DNA of 32,000 nucleotides from a virus: positions 1-32,000 of IMG/VR virus record IMGVR_UViG_3300045988_141106; one strand, given 5' to 3'. Of the stretch, positions 1-8,629 are shown in pieces. Positions within the stretch are counted from its first letter, which is position 1, and the number at the start of each line of letters is the position of its first letter. The notes beneath the pieces were generated by a model, which was not told the origin of the DNA, did no database searches, and was given only the letters and a program-made list of their open reading frames with translations. The translations under genes were made by a program, and so were the position numbers.

Positions 1-734
1 GCTCTTTGAGTGGACTCTCCTTTCTTTAAATTTTCATACTTTCGGGAGAGACATCTCTGTTCCCGAACGAGTCGTTTTTCTAATTTCTTTAATCTTGCTG
101 ATTTGTTGATATTCTTATATGTCTTACCATTTGAAACAATGGCAAAATCCTTTAACCCCAGGTCGATGCCGATTCCTTCGTTAGAAAGATCAGCAGTTTT
201 ATTATCAGGAATTTCTATAAGAGCCGAAACATAATATCTGCCCGCTTTCATGGAAACATGGCCGCTTTTTATGATATATCCTTCTTTCGTCGTAGGAATG
301 TATCCTTTTTCTTTGATACGAACCCATCCAAGTGATGGAATGTTAACTCGGTGTCTCTCGCAGCGACAATCTTTCGGATTATTCTTTACGAAATACATCT
401 TCACATCTGATCTGCCTTTCTTTTTGAACTTCGGAAAAGCGCTTTCATGATTAAAGAATTTTCTAAATGCAGTCTGTCCATGATTTACTGCCTGGGTCAC
501 CGCTTTTGAATATGCTTCCTTAATCCATAAATATTCTGGATGTTGTGGAAGGTATTCATGATTCAGCCAGACTCTGAATTTACTGCTGCTCATGAATTTT
601 TCGCCATTTTGATAAAGTTCTTTGTTATGGGCCAGATAGAAATTATAAATAAATCTACAAGTTCCTATTGTTTTATGAATCCTGACTTTCTGCTCTTCTG
701 TCGGATGGATTTCCGTCTTGAAGCTCTTTAGCAA
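1..734 (-). CDS. tnpB: TnpB (IS607/IS605-family RNA-guided nuclease), N-terminal part, truncated by window edge
   Basis: Manual minus-strand translation absent from the ORF track, open from a likely TTG start at 734 to base 1: MLKSFKTEIHPTEEQKVRIHKTIGTCRFIYNFYLAHNKELYQNG...VNIPSLGWVRIKEKGYIP...GIGIDLGLKDFAIVSNG. Contains the TnpB N-terminus and RuvC-I motif. Confidence 0.88.
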   Translation of the reverse strand, partial: MLKSFKTEIHPTEEQKVRIHKTIGTCRFIYNFYLAHNKELYQNGEKFMSSSKFRVWLNHEYLPQHPEYLWIKEAYSKAVTQAVNHGQTAFRKFFNHESAFPKFKKKGRSDVKMYFVKNNPKDCRCERHRVNIPSLGWVRIKEKGYIPTTKEGYIIKSGHVSMKAGRYYVSALIEIPDNKTADLSNEGIGIDLGLKDFAIVSNGKTYKNINKSARLKKLEKRLVREQRCLSRKYENLKKGESTQR

Positions 735-986
735 TTTCCTCGTCCCTCTCTATTTGTTTTTTATACTTACGAAGTCCATACAGCCTGCAGGAGAACACAT
801 GAAGTATTGGTCATACGTATAATAACGCCTGTCAGTTGGAGTTCGATTTGCTTTTAAAATCCCTTCTCTGTCCCAACGCTGTAGCGTTTTAACAGATATC
901 CCTAACAATTCAGCAAAATCCTTCGGCTTGTAGTTTGTGATATTTGATGTGTTCATAATATGATTCTCCTTTTCATGTTTAAACAC
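673..986 (-). pseudogene. IS607-type TnpA serine recombinase remnant with catalytic core deleted
   Basis: N-terminus NYKPKDFAELLGISVKTLQRWDREGILKANRTPTDRRYYTYDQY is IS607 TnpA HTH. The resolvase domain is missing. A TnpA-like C-terminal tail (LYGLRKYKKQIERDEEIAKELQDG...) resumes directly after, in another frame. Confidence 0.8.
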
Positions 987-1014
987 GTTATATCACATTT
1001 GACAATATATTTAG

Positions 1015-1293
1015 TTACTTATATTTTCCTCCTCTACAAATTTTATTAGCATTTTCTTTACCGTACACAACTTCATCGGCCAGTTTTCGAGAAATACGAC
1101 TAACCTGCTTTAATCCCTCTCTGATAATTGTTCCGCTTGGCTGCTGATGATCTTTGATAAATCCGATCCACTGATCTTCGTTTAGAATGTTTCTTTCACT
1201 TTCATATACTACTGCATAGCCTAGTTCCCGTTTTGCAAGGCAAAGTGTGTTGATCATGCAGTCGATATCATCTAATACATCTTTAATCGGCAT
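1015..1293 (-). CDS. hypothetical protein
   Basis: 92-aa ORF from track. Confidence 0.5.
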   Translation of the reverse strand: MPIKDVLDDIDCMINTLCLAKRELGYAVVYESERNILNEDQWIGFIKDHQQPSGTIIREGLKQVSRISRKLADEVVYGKENANKICRGGKYK

Positions 1294-1360
1294 TGGTTTT
1301 TGTCCTCTCTTTATGTAAATAGTTATATGTTTCTATGTAAGATTATTCTCCTATGATCCG

Positions 1361-1420
1361 TTTATAAAAAGCGTTCTACAATTTATATTCTTAATAGGTT
1401 AGAATTGATTGTAGAACGCT
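1361..1420 (-). terminator. Rho-independent terminator of the NAD operon
   Basis: Perfect 13-bp inverted repeat AGCGTTCTACAAT (1370-1382) / ATTGTAGAACGCT (1408-1420), followed on the minus strand by TTTTTAT, just downstream of the NadE stop. Confidence 0.75.
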
Positions 1421-1458
1421 CATGATGGTGAATTGTTGTGGTTATTTTAGAATGCAAA

Positions 1459-2217
1459 TCAGTCTAAATATGATTTCAGACCACTTTCAAAATATGGAAT
1501 TGGTCTTCTCTTGAATCTGTATTTTTCAACCCTTGCATCGATAATAGCTTTTACTGCAGCATCATCAATTTCACCTGTTCTTGCATACCGATCGAATACA
1601 GAATATTTAAATCCAAGAGCGCTTTCATCAGAAGATCCACATAATCCGTCTGACGGCGTTTTGTCAACCATCTTTTTCAGTAGAATCGTCTCATATCCAA
1701 TAGCTTTTACTTCCTGTACTGTGAAATCCTTTAATGGTGCAAAGTCTCCTACTGCATCGCCCCAGCGAGTTTCCCAAGATAAGAGTGTTTCCGAAAGATT
1801 GCATGTATTAGCGACTCGTCCATTCATACTCTGTGAAATTGCATAAAGTGTTGCCATTCTGATTCGAGGAGGCAGATTAATTGATGTCTGTTTTGACCAA
1901 TGATCACCAATTTGTGGTCTGATTTCGTGCTTTAGCGCAAGAATTGCTGGATGAATATCTACAGTACAGTATTCAATACCTAAATATTTAGCAACTTCAT
2001 AGGCATCTTCAATATCTGTCTGTTCTCCGTCTGGCATGAGCACACCTAAAACTCTATTCTTTCCAAGAGCTTCCACACAGAGAGCCGCAACAATGCTTGA
2101 ATCTTTACCCCCTGAAAGACCTACTGTGGCAATACAATCTTTCCCATTCTGCTCAAAGAACATTTTAATCCACTCGACAATCTTATTTTTTGTTTCTTTT
2201 GCATCAAAAGTATACAT
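1459..2217 (-). CDS. nadE: NH3-dependent NAD+ synthetase
   Basis: GLSGGKDSS P-loop/PPase motif, NTCNLSE, DFAPLKDFTVQEV, PSDGLCGSSDESALGFKYSVFDRY. Likely start at 2217 (MYTFDAKE), preceded by GGAGAG, rather than the track start at 2253. Confidence 0.93.
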   Translation of the reverse strand: MYTFDAKETKNKIVEWIKMFFEQNGKDCIATVGLSGGKDSSIVAALCVEALGKNRVLGVLMPDGEQTDIEDAYEVAKYLGIEYCTVDIHPAILALKHEIRPQIGDHWSKQTSINLPPRIRMATLYAISQSMNGRVANTCNLSETLLSWETRWGDAVGDFAPLKDFTVQEVKAIGYETILLKKMVDKTPSDGLCGSSDESALGFKYSVFDRYARTGEIDDAAVKAIIDARVEKYRFKRRPIPYFESGLKSYLD

Positions 2218-2234
2218 ATCTATTCTCCTCTCCT

Positions 2235-2741
2235 TTACTGATTTAATTTCCACAGTTCAACATGAGTATCAAGTTCATTAAAAATCTTCTGCATCATTGA
2301 ATATACTTCGTCCCAATCTGCTCCACCACGATCACAGCCTATCTTATATGGCATAGCAATTGTTGCACTAAAATTATTGTTCCTTTCATGTGCTTTCCAA
2401 CACATAGTTCTAAAACACTTTTCTAATGCTTCCAGAGAAGTATATTGTTTTCCGTCATATCCATAGTTATCTTGTGCAAAGAAATTACAAATCCACTGTT
2501 CATTACTTGGAATTGCAATCGATCCACAGTCGTATCCAATATATTTTGGCTTGACTGGTACAATTTGTACTTTCCCCAGCATATCCGATGATGCTACCTT
2601 TTTATATTCTTCGTATACATGTGGAAATCGCTGTCTGACCTGCAAAGCCACGCCAGATCCCATCTTTCCCATACAATTTACCTGATGACAAATAAATTTT
2701 GCATCCGTATCAAATAAATTTCCTTCGATAATTTCAATCAT
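2235..2741 (-). CDS. Macrodomain protein (ADP-ribose binding/processing)
   Basis: IIEGNLFDTDAKFICHQVNCMGKMGSGVALQVRQRFPHVYEEY is a macrodomain signature. Start probably at 2741 after GGAG. Confidence 0.85.
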   Translation of the reverse strand: MIEIIEGNLFDTDAKFICHQVNCMGKMGSGVALQVRQRFPHVYEEYKKVASSDMLGKVQIVPVKPKYIGYDCGSIAIPSNEQWICNFFAQDNYGYDGKQYTSLEALEKCFRTMCWKAHERNNNFSATIAMPYKIGCDRGGADWDEVYSMMQKIFNELDTHVELWKLNQ

Positions 2742-4206
2742 GATTTTCTCCATTTAGTCTTTCACGAATTTCTTCAAAAGTCTGTTCTTTTACTAATTCT
2801 CCATTTTTAAAGATAAGTTTTAATTCATTTTCTTCTGGAATCGTATCTTCTGTATATCCATCATGGCATACAAAATTATTACCTTCTTTCACAACACGGC
2901 AAAGACCTTTATGTGATTTCTTTAAATTATTTCTATCCGTTTTTGGATTTTTCTGAATGGTATATTCTTTTCCATCAATTACACAATAGGTACTTTTCAT
3001 AGCAAATCCAAATGTGTCTCTAGTTAAGCAAACCATTCCATCTTCCGGAGTACACATTGCAGAGAAAGAAAACGCACCTACTCCAAAAAGAATCGTATCT
3101 GCTGCAAATCCTAATCCTTCAAGCTGTGTCCAAATCTCTTTGATCTTACTGTACTGACAACCATCTCCGTAAATGATTCCAATCTTTGGATTTAACTCCT
3201 TATAACCTTTTGAGTTTACAGTTCCACCAAAAATCTGATATAATTTCTGAACAGTTTTTACTGAAATCTCAACGATATCGCCGCTATCAGGACGTACAAG
3301 GAATTTGCCATTATGCTCTTCGATTTCTTTTCTCAGTTTTGGAAGTGTTTCGTCAATAAGGTTCCAGTAATCAAATGTATCAGAGACATAACTGAAAGAT
3401 GTATTCTTATATGTATCAGTCAGTAATCTTCTTAACAGATTTTCTTCTGTCTCGCATACAGCCAGATTACTGCATACGGTTGCATGTTCCAGGCTAACTG
3501 CTCCAATACCAATATGGTTCTTAGCACAATCAGCATCGTACATTTTATCAATATACTGAGTTGCAGGAATTGTAGAAGTTTTATTGAAAGATAGCAGCCA
3601 TGAAGAACTTGCATGAACTCCGTTCTCAATGCCGAGTCCTCTGAATCCAAAATCCGCCATAGCCATTGCAGGATTAGCACCATCTGTAGTTTTCTCGTAA
3701 AATTCATTTGCAAGTGTTTTATATTTATGACCTACAGTTGCCCAGTTGCATGTCCCAAAAATAAAAGACTGCATAATGCATTCCAGCCATTGTACCGTCC
3801 ATGCGAAATCTGGATGTGCGTTACTCATCTCGATACACGGGACTCCCATTGTTACAACAGATCCTTCTGGAAGAGCTTTGATCTCTACAGGTAAATACTG
3901 CAGATCCCATAATTTTTCGATACGTCCAAGATCATAACTCTGAGAACCGATCTGATTATCCAGATATTCTTTATATTCTGCAATAACTTCTTTTTTGGGT
4001 CTTTTGAAGAAAGTTTCATTTACTAAATCAATCATATATTCCTTAATAAAACCCTGTAATCCAAAGAATACAACTTCATTCAGATTTTTGAACATTGATT
4101 TTCTAGGAGTAATATAAGAAGTTAATTTTGTAAGACCCTTTGGAAGAGCATCAGGATTTGTATTTTTATATGTATCTGCCATCAGCATAAAAGAAATGTT
4201 TCTCAT
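2734..4206 (-). CDS. Nicotinamide phosphoribosyltransferase-like (NAMPT/NadV family; possibly a Namat-type transferase)
   Basis: NISFMLMADTYKNTNPDALPKG, FLVRPDSGDI, GIIYGDGCQ, ILFGVGAFSF. Start MRNISF at 4206 has a GGAGGT RBS, unlike the track start at 4293. Confidence 0.9.
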   Translation of the reverse strand: MRNISFMLMADTYKNTNPDALPKGLTKLTSYITPRKSMFKNLNEVVFFGLQGFIKEYMIDLVNETFFKRPKKEVIAEYKEYLDNQIGSQSYDLGRIEKLWDLQYLPVEIKALPEGSVVTMGVPCIEMSNAHPDFAWTVQWLECIMQSFIFGTCNWATVGHKYKTLANEFYEKTTDGANPAMAMADFGFRGLGIENGVHASSSWLLSFNKTSTIPATQYIDKMYDADCAKNHIGIGAVSLEHATVCSNLAVCETEENLLRRLLTDTYKNTSFSYVSDTFDYWNLIDETLPKLRKEIEEHNGKFLVRPDSGDIVEISVKTVQKLYQIFGGTVNSKGYKELNPKIGIIYGDGCQYSKIKEIWTQLEGLGFAADTILFGVGAFSFSAMCTPEDGMVCLTRDTFGFAMKSTYCVIDGKEYTIQKNPKTDRNNLKKSHKGLCRVVKEGNNFVCHDGYTEDTIPEENELKLIFKNGELVKEQTFEEIRERLNGENHD

Positions 4207-4207
4207 T

Positions 4208-5023
4208 TTAGACCTCCATAACTGTGATTTTATCGTGTTTTCCTGTGAAAAGACTGTCTGTTGTAAATAATCTTTCAACTGTTCCATCTTCAAGTGATTT
4301 GATTAATGTTCCTTTTTCTCTATCAAGAACTGAATTTTCGGTATGTGATGCATAAGCATAAATTCTATCTACACCACGTTCTTTCAACGCTTTTGCACTA
4401 TAATATAAAGAACCGCCATATGAAATGATGTCATCAATCATCAAAACTTTTTTACCTTTAAGATCAATATCGTTATCTCTGATTTTGAGTCCAAGAATTT
4501 TTCCTGTATTCCAATCTCGATTTTTCTCACCATAGCAATACGGAATGTCAGAAAACAATCCAGAATATCTTTTCGAACTACCGGCATCCGGAAAATAAAG
4601 AATAAGATTTTCTTTACTAATCTGCTCAATTACTTCATCAATATATTCTCTTGGATTAAAAACATATACTCTATTCAAAAGCGCTGCTCCAACATTACTA
4701 TGAACATCAAGTACCTCTACTCTGTCAAATTCGAGCCAATTAATAACATCAGCGAACCCTTTTAATGTAAAAACCTCGCCCTGATCATGGATTCTGTCCA
4801 TTCTGGCATTCGGAAGATAAAACATTGTAAGATCAATTGATTTAATATATGGAAAATTTTTTAAATGTTTTGTAATATAAATCAACGCTGAAAGTTCTTC
4901 TTCTTTCTCATACTTCCATGTAATGTTGTTATATTTCTGATAAAAACAATCGTCTAATACGATTCTCTGTGTTCCATCTGGAAAGTGTTCTACTTTTACT
5001 TCTTTCCCATTTAAAATGATCAT
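4208..5023 (-). CDS. Ribose-phosphate pyrophosphokinase-like protein (Prs family; possibly ADPR-pyrophosphate synthetase)
   Basis: NARMDRIHDQGEVFTLKGFADVIN...DVHSN resembles the Prs ATP/ribose region; VLMIDDIISYGGSLYYSAKAL is the PRPP-binding loop. Start ATG at 5023 has RBS TTGGAG. Confidence 0.87.
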   Translation of the reverse strand: MIILNGKEVKVEHFPDGTQRIVLDDCFYQKYNNITWKYEKEEELSALIYITKHLKNFPYIKSIDLTMFYLPNARMDRIHDQGEVFTLKGFADVINWLEFDRVEVLDVHSNVGAALLNRVYVFNPREYIDEVIEQISKENLILYFPDAGSSKRYSGLFSDIPYCYGEKNRDWNTGKILGLKIRDNDIDLKGKKVLMIDDIISYGGSLYYSAKALKERGVDRIYAYASHTENSVLDREKGTLIKSLEDGTVERLFTTDSLFTGKHDKITVMEV

Positions 5024-5027
5024 ATCT

Positions 5028-5540
5028 TTATTCTCCAATCACATTAATCTGGCAGCTTTTCATGGCTTCGAGTGCCGCCTTATGTTTTTCTGGTGTAGAT
5101 CCCGCGCAACAGCCTGCGTCTACTGTAATTTCCGTATTTGGAAACATAGCTTTAAGGACTAATGCATTTGAAATTACACATATATCCGTACATAAACCGA
5201 CCAGATCGATATCACCATCTCCAATCCATGTCATATTTCTCCACTGCAAAGTTCCAAAAGTACTTTTGTTTACATATCTGCAGTTAGGAACCGCAATGTC
5301 GCTCACAACCTTCCATCCTCTTGTTCCAAAAACACAATGTTTTACTGGAAGTTTTCTTCCCTCCAGAGTATTTAAGTAATCGTCATAATGCGTATCTCTT
5401 GTAAAAATAATTTGATCTCCACGATTATAATACTCTTCAATTTTCTTTTTCACATTCGGAATAATCGCCTGTGCTTCTTCCGATCCAAGGCTACCATTTA
5501 CGAAATCATTCTGCACATCTACTACAATTAAAGTTCTCAT
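5028..5540 (-). CDS. pncA: Nicotinamidase/isochorismatase-family hydrolase
   Basis: TLIVVDVQNDFVNGSL, ITRDTHYDDY, LVGLCTDICVISNALVLKAMFPN, VDAGCCAG. Confidence 0.9.
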   Translation of the reverse strand: MRTLIVVDVQNDFVNGSLGSEEAQAIIPNVKKKIEEYYNRGDQIIFTRDTHYDDYLNTLEGRKLPVKHCVFGTRGWKVVSDIAVPNCRYVNKSTFGTLQWRNMTWIGDGDIDLVGLCTDICVISNALVLKAMFPNTEITVDAGCCAGSTPEKHKAALEAMKSCQINVIGE

Positions 5541-5743
5541 TGTTTATTCTCCTCTCTTACTTCGTCAAATCTCTTTACCCAGTCCTCAAATGACACATCG
5601 TCTCCCACTGTGCCATCGTATTTACACATCCAATATAGAGTTTTCTTTCTCTCGTATTCCAAGTCATCTCTTAAATTATGAATAATTGACTGAGCAAAAT
5701 CTTTCATGTGATTGTATTCGCTTTTTAAGACTAATCCAAACAT
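5537..5743 (-). CDS. hypothetical protein
   Basis: 68-aa ORF, start codon overlapping the upstream stop. Confidence 0.5.
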   Translation of the reverse strand: MFGLVLKSEYNHMKDFAQSIIHNLRDDLEYERKKTLYWMCKYDGTVGDDVSFEDWVKRFDEVREENKQ

Positions 5744-5880
5744 TAAATTTCCTCTTTATCTTCTGCAAGTTTATTCCAGACACTTGCAATTTCTGACATC
5801 ACTTCTTCTACGGTTTTGCCATCCGTTGAAATTCCTAATCTATCAAGATATTCCTTTAATTCAGACATCGTGTTTTCCAT
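5743..5880 (-). CDS. small hypothetical protein
   Basis: Manual translation MENTMSELKEYLDRLGISTDGKTVEEVMSEIASVWNKLAEDKEEI*, stop overlapping the next start; below the ORF-track length cutoff. Confidence 0.55.
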   Translation of the reverse strand: MENTMSELKEYLDRLGISTDGKTVEEVMSEIASVWNKLAEDKEEI

Positions 5881-5905
5881 TATTTTTTCCTCACTTTCCA
5901 AAATT

Positions 5906-6070
5906 TTAGTAATCGTTACTAATTTCTAATTTCGATTCTTTTTCGAATCTATCTACATATTCTCTGACACGTTCGTATGCTGCAGGAACACTAATATGTT
6001 CTTTCAGTAAAAGTTCTTCTACAGCTGCTCGTTCAATAAGAATTTTTCGATCGTGTTCTTCTTGCGTCAT
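5906..6070 (-). CDS. small hypothetical protein
   Basis: Manual translation MTQEEHDRKILIERAAVEELLLKEHISVPAAYERVREYVDRFEKESKLEISNDY*. Confidence 0.55.
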   Translation of the reverse strand: MTQEEHDRKILIERAAVEELLLKEHISVPAAYERVREYVDRFEKESKLEISNDY

Positions 6071-6123
6071 AATAATCACCTTATAAGTTTGGCTGACCAG
6101 TTTTATACCAGCCAGCCATTTTT

Positions 6124-6504
6124 TTAGTCTAATTCATCAAGCATTTTCTGCAGATCTTCAACGGACGCATTTCGAAGTGCCTCGTCCTGCTTAGTAGCAA
6201 TGATCTGCATAATTTTCTGTTTCTTCTCTTTACGTTCTGCAGCTTCCTGCCGATTCTTTTTCTCTTCCAGTTTTTCATTAAAGATATATTTTACAATCTC
6301 AATCTTGGTCGAAAGAATATCATCTTCCTCGGATTTAGTCTGAAGCAGACTTTCTTCATCCGTCTTCTTTACTTCTGCATTCAGCGTCTTAAACACTGTA
6401 TCCAGCGCTCCAAGCGGAAGATCATATAAATCTTCTACTGCAATCTGTCCCTTATACGGGAAACGATATTTACCTTTTACTGCTTTTTCAAACATATTAC
6501 TCAT
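6124..6504 (-). CDS. hypothetical charged, coiled-coil-like protein
   Basis: 126-aa ORF rich in K/E. Confidence 0.6.
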   Translation of the reverse strand: MSNMFEKAVKGKYRFPYKGQIAVEDLYDLPLGALDTVFKTLNAEVKKTDEESLLQTKSEEDDILSTKIEIVKYIFNEKLEEKKNRQEAAERKEKKQKIMQIIATKQDEALRNASVEDLQKMLDELD

Positions 6505-6521
6505 AATTTTATTCTCCTTTA

Positions 6522-8585
6522 TTAAAATTTAATTTTAATGATTCTTTCTGTTGCACCTTTTACTTTAACGATAAGCTCATTGCGCTGCGTCAGACTAAAA
6601 CCAACACCAGAGAGCTGATCATCGACGTCTGTTACACTACACTTTTCGCCAAGTGCTTCAAATACTTTACGATGTGGAACTAATTCATTCTTAAGATATT
6701 CCACAAAGAAACCATTCGGCTGTTCTGGATTTACGCATCCATTCAGGAAGAAGAAAAGATGTTTATTCCCGATCCCATTTTGCTCATCAAAATAGTTCGG
6801 GCTGTAACTGATTACAGACACAGGTGTAAACTGATTTGTCTGTACTCCCCATACTTCTCTACTAGAAGTAACCGAGTGACCAAAAAGTTTTTCTTTGATG
6901 GTAAAGTTTCCGTTCTTATCCATAATTACTTCTGCGACGTCTACGTCTCCACGCACTGGGTTATTGTATTCAAACGAATAGATCTCTCCATCGAATTCAA
7001 TTTCCGCTTTAAATCCTTTACTTCCTCGGTTGGTATACTGATTTACAAAGAATCTGTATGCGCCAGGAATCATTCTCGATTTGTCCTGCCATGTAATATT
7101 TTCCACTGCTGGCTTCCCTGGCATACTGCTATATGGCTCAATCACATCAATATCAAGCTGACCACCAAGTTTCGACATAGATGGTTTTCTATCACTACCA
7201 AAATAGATTTCATGACCATTTGGTTCAATACAGTGAGCATCAAGATCACTGTTGTCATTCTGATCCTCGTTCCACATAATAGAGAATCTAAGCACTCCAT
7301 CTACATTTCCACCAGCATTCTTTACATTCTGTTTGATATCAGAATCGGTAATGTTTCCTGTATATGCCCAGCTCAGACCATTGTTCCATTTGAACATTGT
7401 GTTGGCATTCGAATTTTCTGGGGCAATTAAAGAAACAAAGTTTTTCTCATGTTTATTCTCTACAAATACTTCAACCTCTTTCGCAGTCGGAAGAACCTTT
7501 TCTACGAAATCCTGTGCAGTCACTTCTTCTACTCTAGAGAATTTCTTTGGATTAACTGCTACAAATTTTGACATCTCTGTAAAAATGTCTCCTCCACCAG
7601 AAATTCTCTTCGCTGCATCTTTATTAGAAAATAGAATATTATTTACTGTGATATCATCCAGATTTGCAAAGCGACGCTTCAGAGAATCCATATACCCAAG
7701 TTCTGTTAGAGTTTTCTTTGCATCGTCCAGCATTCTCTGAGTATAAATTGGCTTACTTCTTTTATAATTGCTTGGTGCTACGATCTGCTCATATTTTTTA
7801 ACTGCAGTATCGAGATCCATTCCTTCGCTTACATTTACAAGTAGTGTTCCAATAGAATGATTTCTAATTTTACCGATAACGGCTCCTGCTTTCAGAGATT
7901 TCTCCCAGGCATAAAGATTTTTCTCTTCTTCCGGAATTTTGTCGTATTCCTTTTTGTATTTCTTGAATTCTACAAGTGGAACTTTCCATTCTGTTCCACG
8001 ATACAGTGTATTAGAATTGATCAACTCTAAAACTGTCTCTACAGAGTCAATAGTAATCTCGTCAAGAGAACGTTTGAACACATTCCGGACATCCCTATAT
8101 TCACCTTGAATTTCTCCAACAGATCTATAAGAATCAAAAACAAATTTCATAGGAAGTTCCATATAGAAATGATCCCACTGATGTGATTTACCATTAATCA
8201 TTTCAAAATTCTTATCTGTACCAATTTTCTTGAAATGGCTTACAAATACATCAACAACTTTCGACTCGTGAATGAGCGTTGAAAGTGCTCTAACTACTGG
8301 ATCATAGATTGTTCCAGACATATCAACATCCCAGATGCTCTCCATTTTATTATTTTTAACTACAACCACAGCGCCGATTGTACGAATGAACTGGCGGCAG
8401 CAGGTACAGTCATGTTCTCTTCTCTCTCTAAAAATATTGTTCGTTCCTGGCGCAAAGCTATCGAGATATGTATCCCACAGCAGCTCCTTGTCTACGTCCA
8501 CTTCGAATAACTTATCTGCATTTGCGGACATTTTATTGAAATGTTTCTGAAGCTTCTCCTTAAAAATTACGAACTGATCTAACAT
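6522..8585 (-). CDS. Large unknown protein with a YfaP/DUF2135-like beta domain
   Basis: 687 aa; internal RFSIMWNEDQNDNSDLDAHCIEPNGHEIYFGSD...GGQLDIDV resembles the SLxWxxxxDLDxHxxxPxGxxIxY signature of that group. Confidence 0.6.
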   Translation of the reverse strand: MLDQFVIFKEKLQKHFNKMSANADKLFEVDVDKELLWDTYLDSFAPGTNNIFRERREHDCTCCRQFIRTIGAVVVVKNNKMESIWDVDMSGTIYDPVVRALSTLIHESKVVDVFVSHFKKIGTDKNFEMINGKSHQWDHFYMELPMKFVFDSYRSVGEIQGEYRDVRNVFKRSLDEITIDSVETVLELINSNTLYRGTEWKVPLVEFKKYKKEYDKIPEEEKNLYAWEKSLKAGAVIGKIRNHSIGTLLVNVSEGMDLDTAVKKYEQIVAPSNYKRSKPIYTQRMLDDAKKTLTELGYMDSLKRRFANLDDITVNNILFSNKDAAKRISGGGDIFTEMSKFVAVNPKKFSRVEEVTAQDFVEKVLPTAKEVEVFVENKHEKNFVSLIAPENSNANTMFKWNNGLSWAYTGNITDSDIKQNVKNAGGNVDGVLRFSIMWNEDQNDNSDLDAHCIEPNGHEIYFGSDRKPSMSKLGGQLDIDVIEPYSSMPGKPAVENITWQDKSRMIPGAYRFFVNQYTNRGSKGFKAEIEFDGEIYSFEYNNPVRGDVDVAEVIMDKNGNFTIKEKLFGHSVTSSREVWGVQTNQFTPVSVISYSPNYFDEQNGIGNKHLFFFLNGCVNPEQPNGFFVEYLKNELVPHRKVFEALGEKCSVTDVDDQLSGVGFSLTQRNELIVKVKGATERIIKIKF

Positions 8586-8629
8586 GATGTTTTCTCCTTC
8601 TTTATGTTTTTCTTCTATTTTGTTATCTT

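Noticed and set aside
2734-4293. Track starts of NAMPT-like (4293), NadE (2253), macrodomain (2753), Prs-like (5038) and integrase (27191) genes
   Set aside because: Better RBS-supported starts lie downstream (4206, 2217, 2741, 5023, 27155), and the longer versions overlap neighbours or lack a matching RBS.
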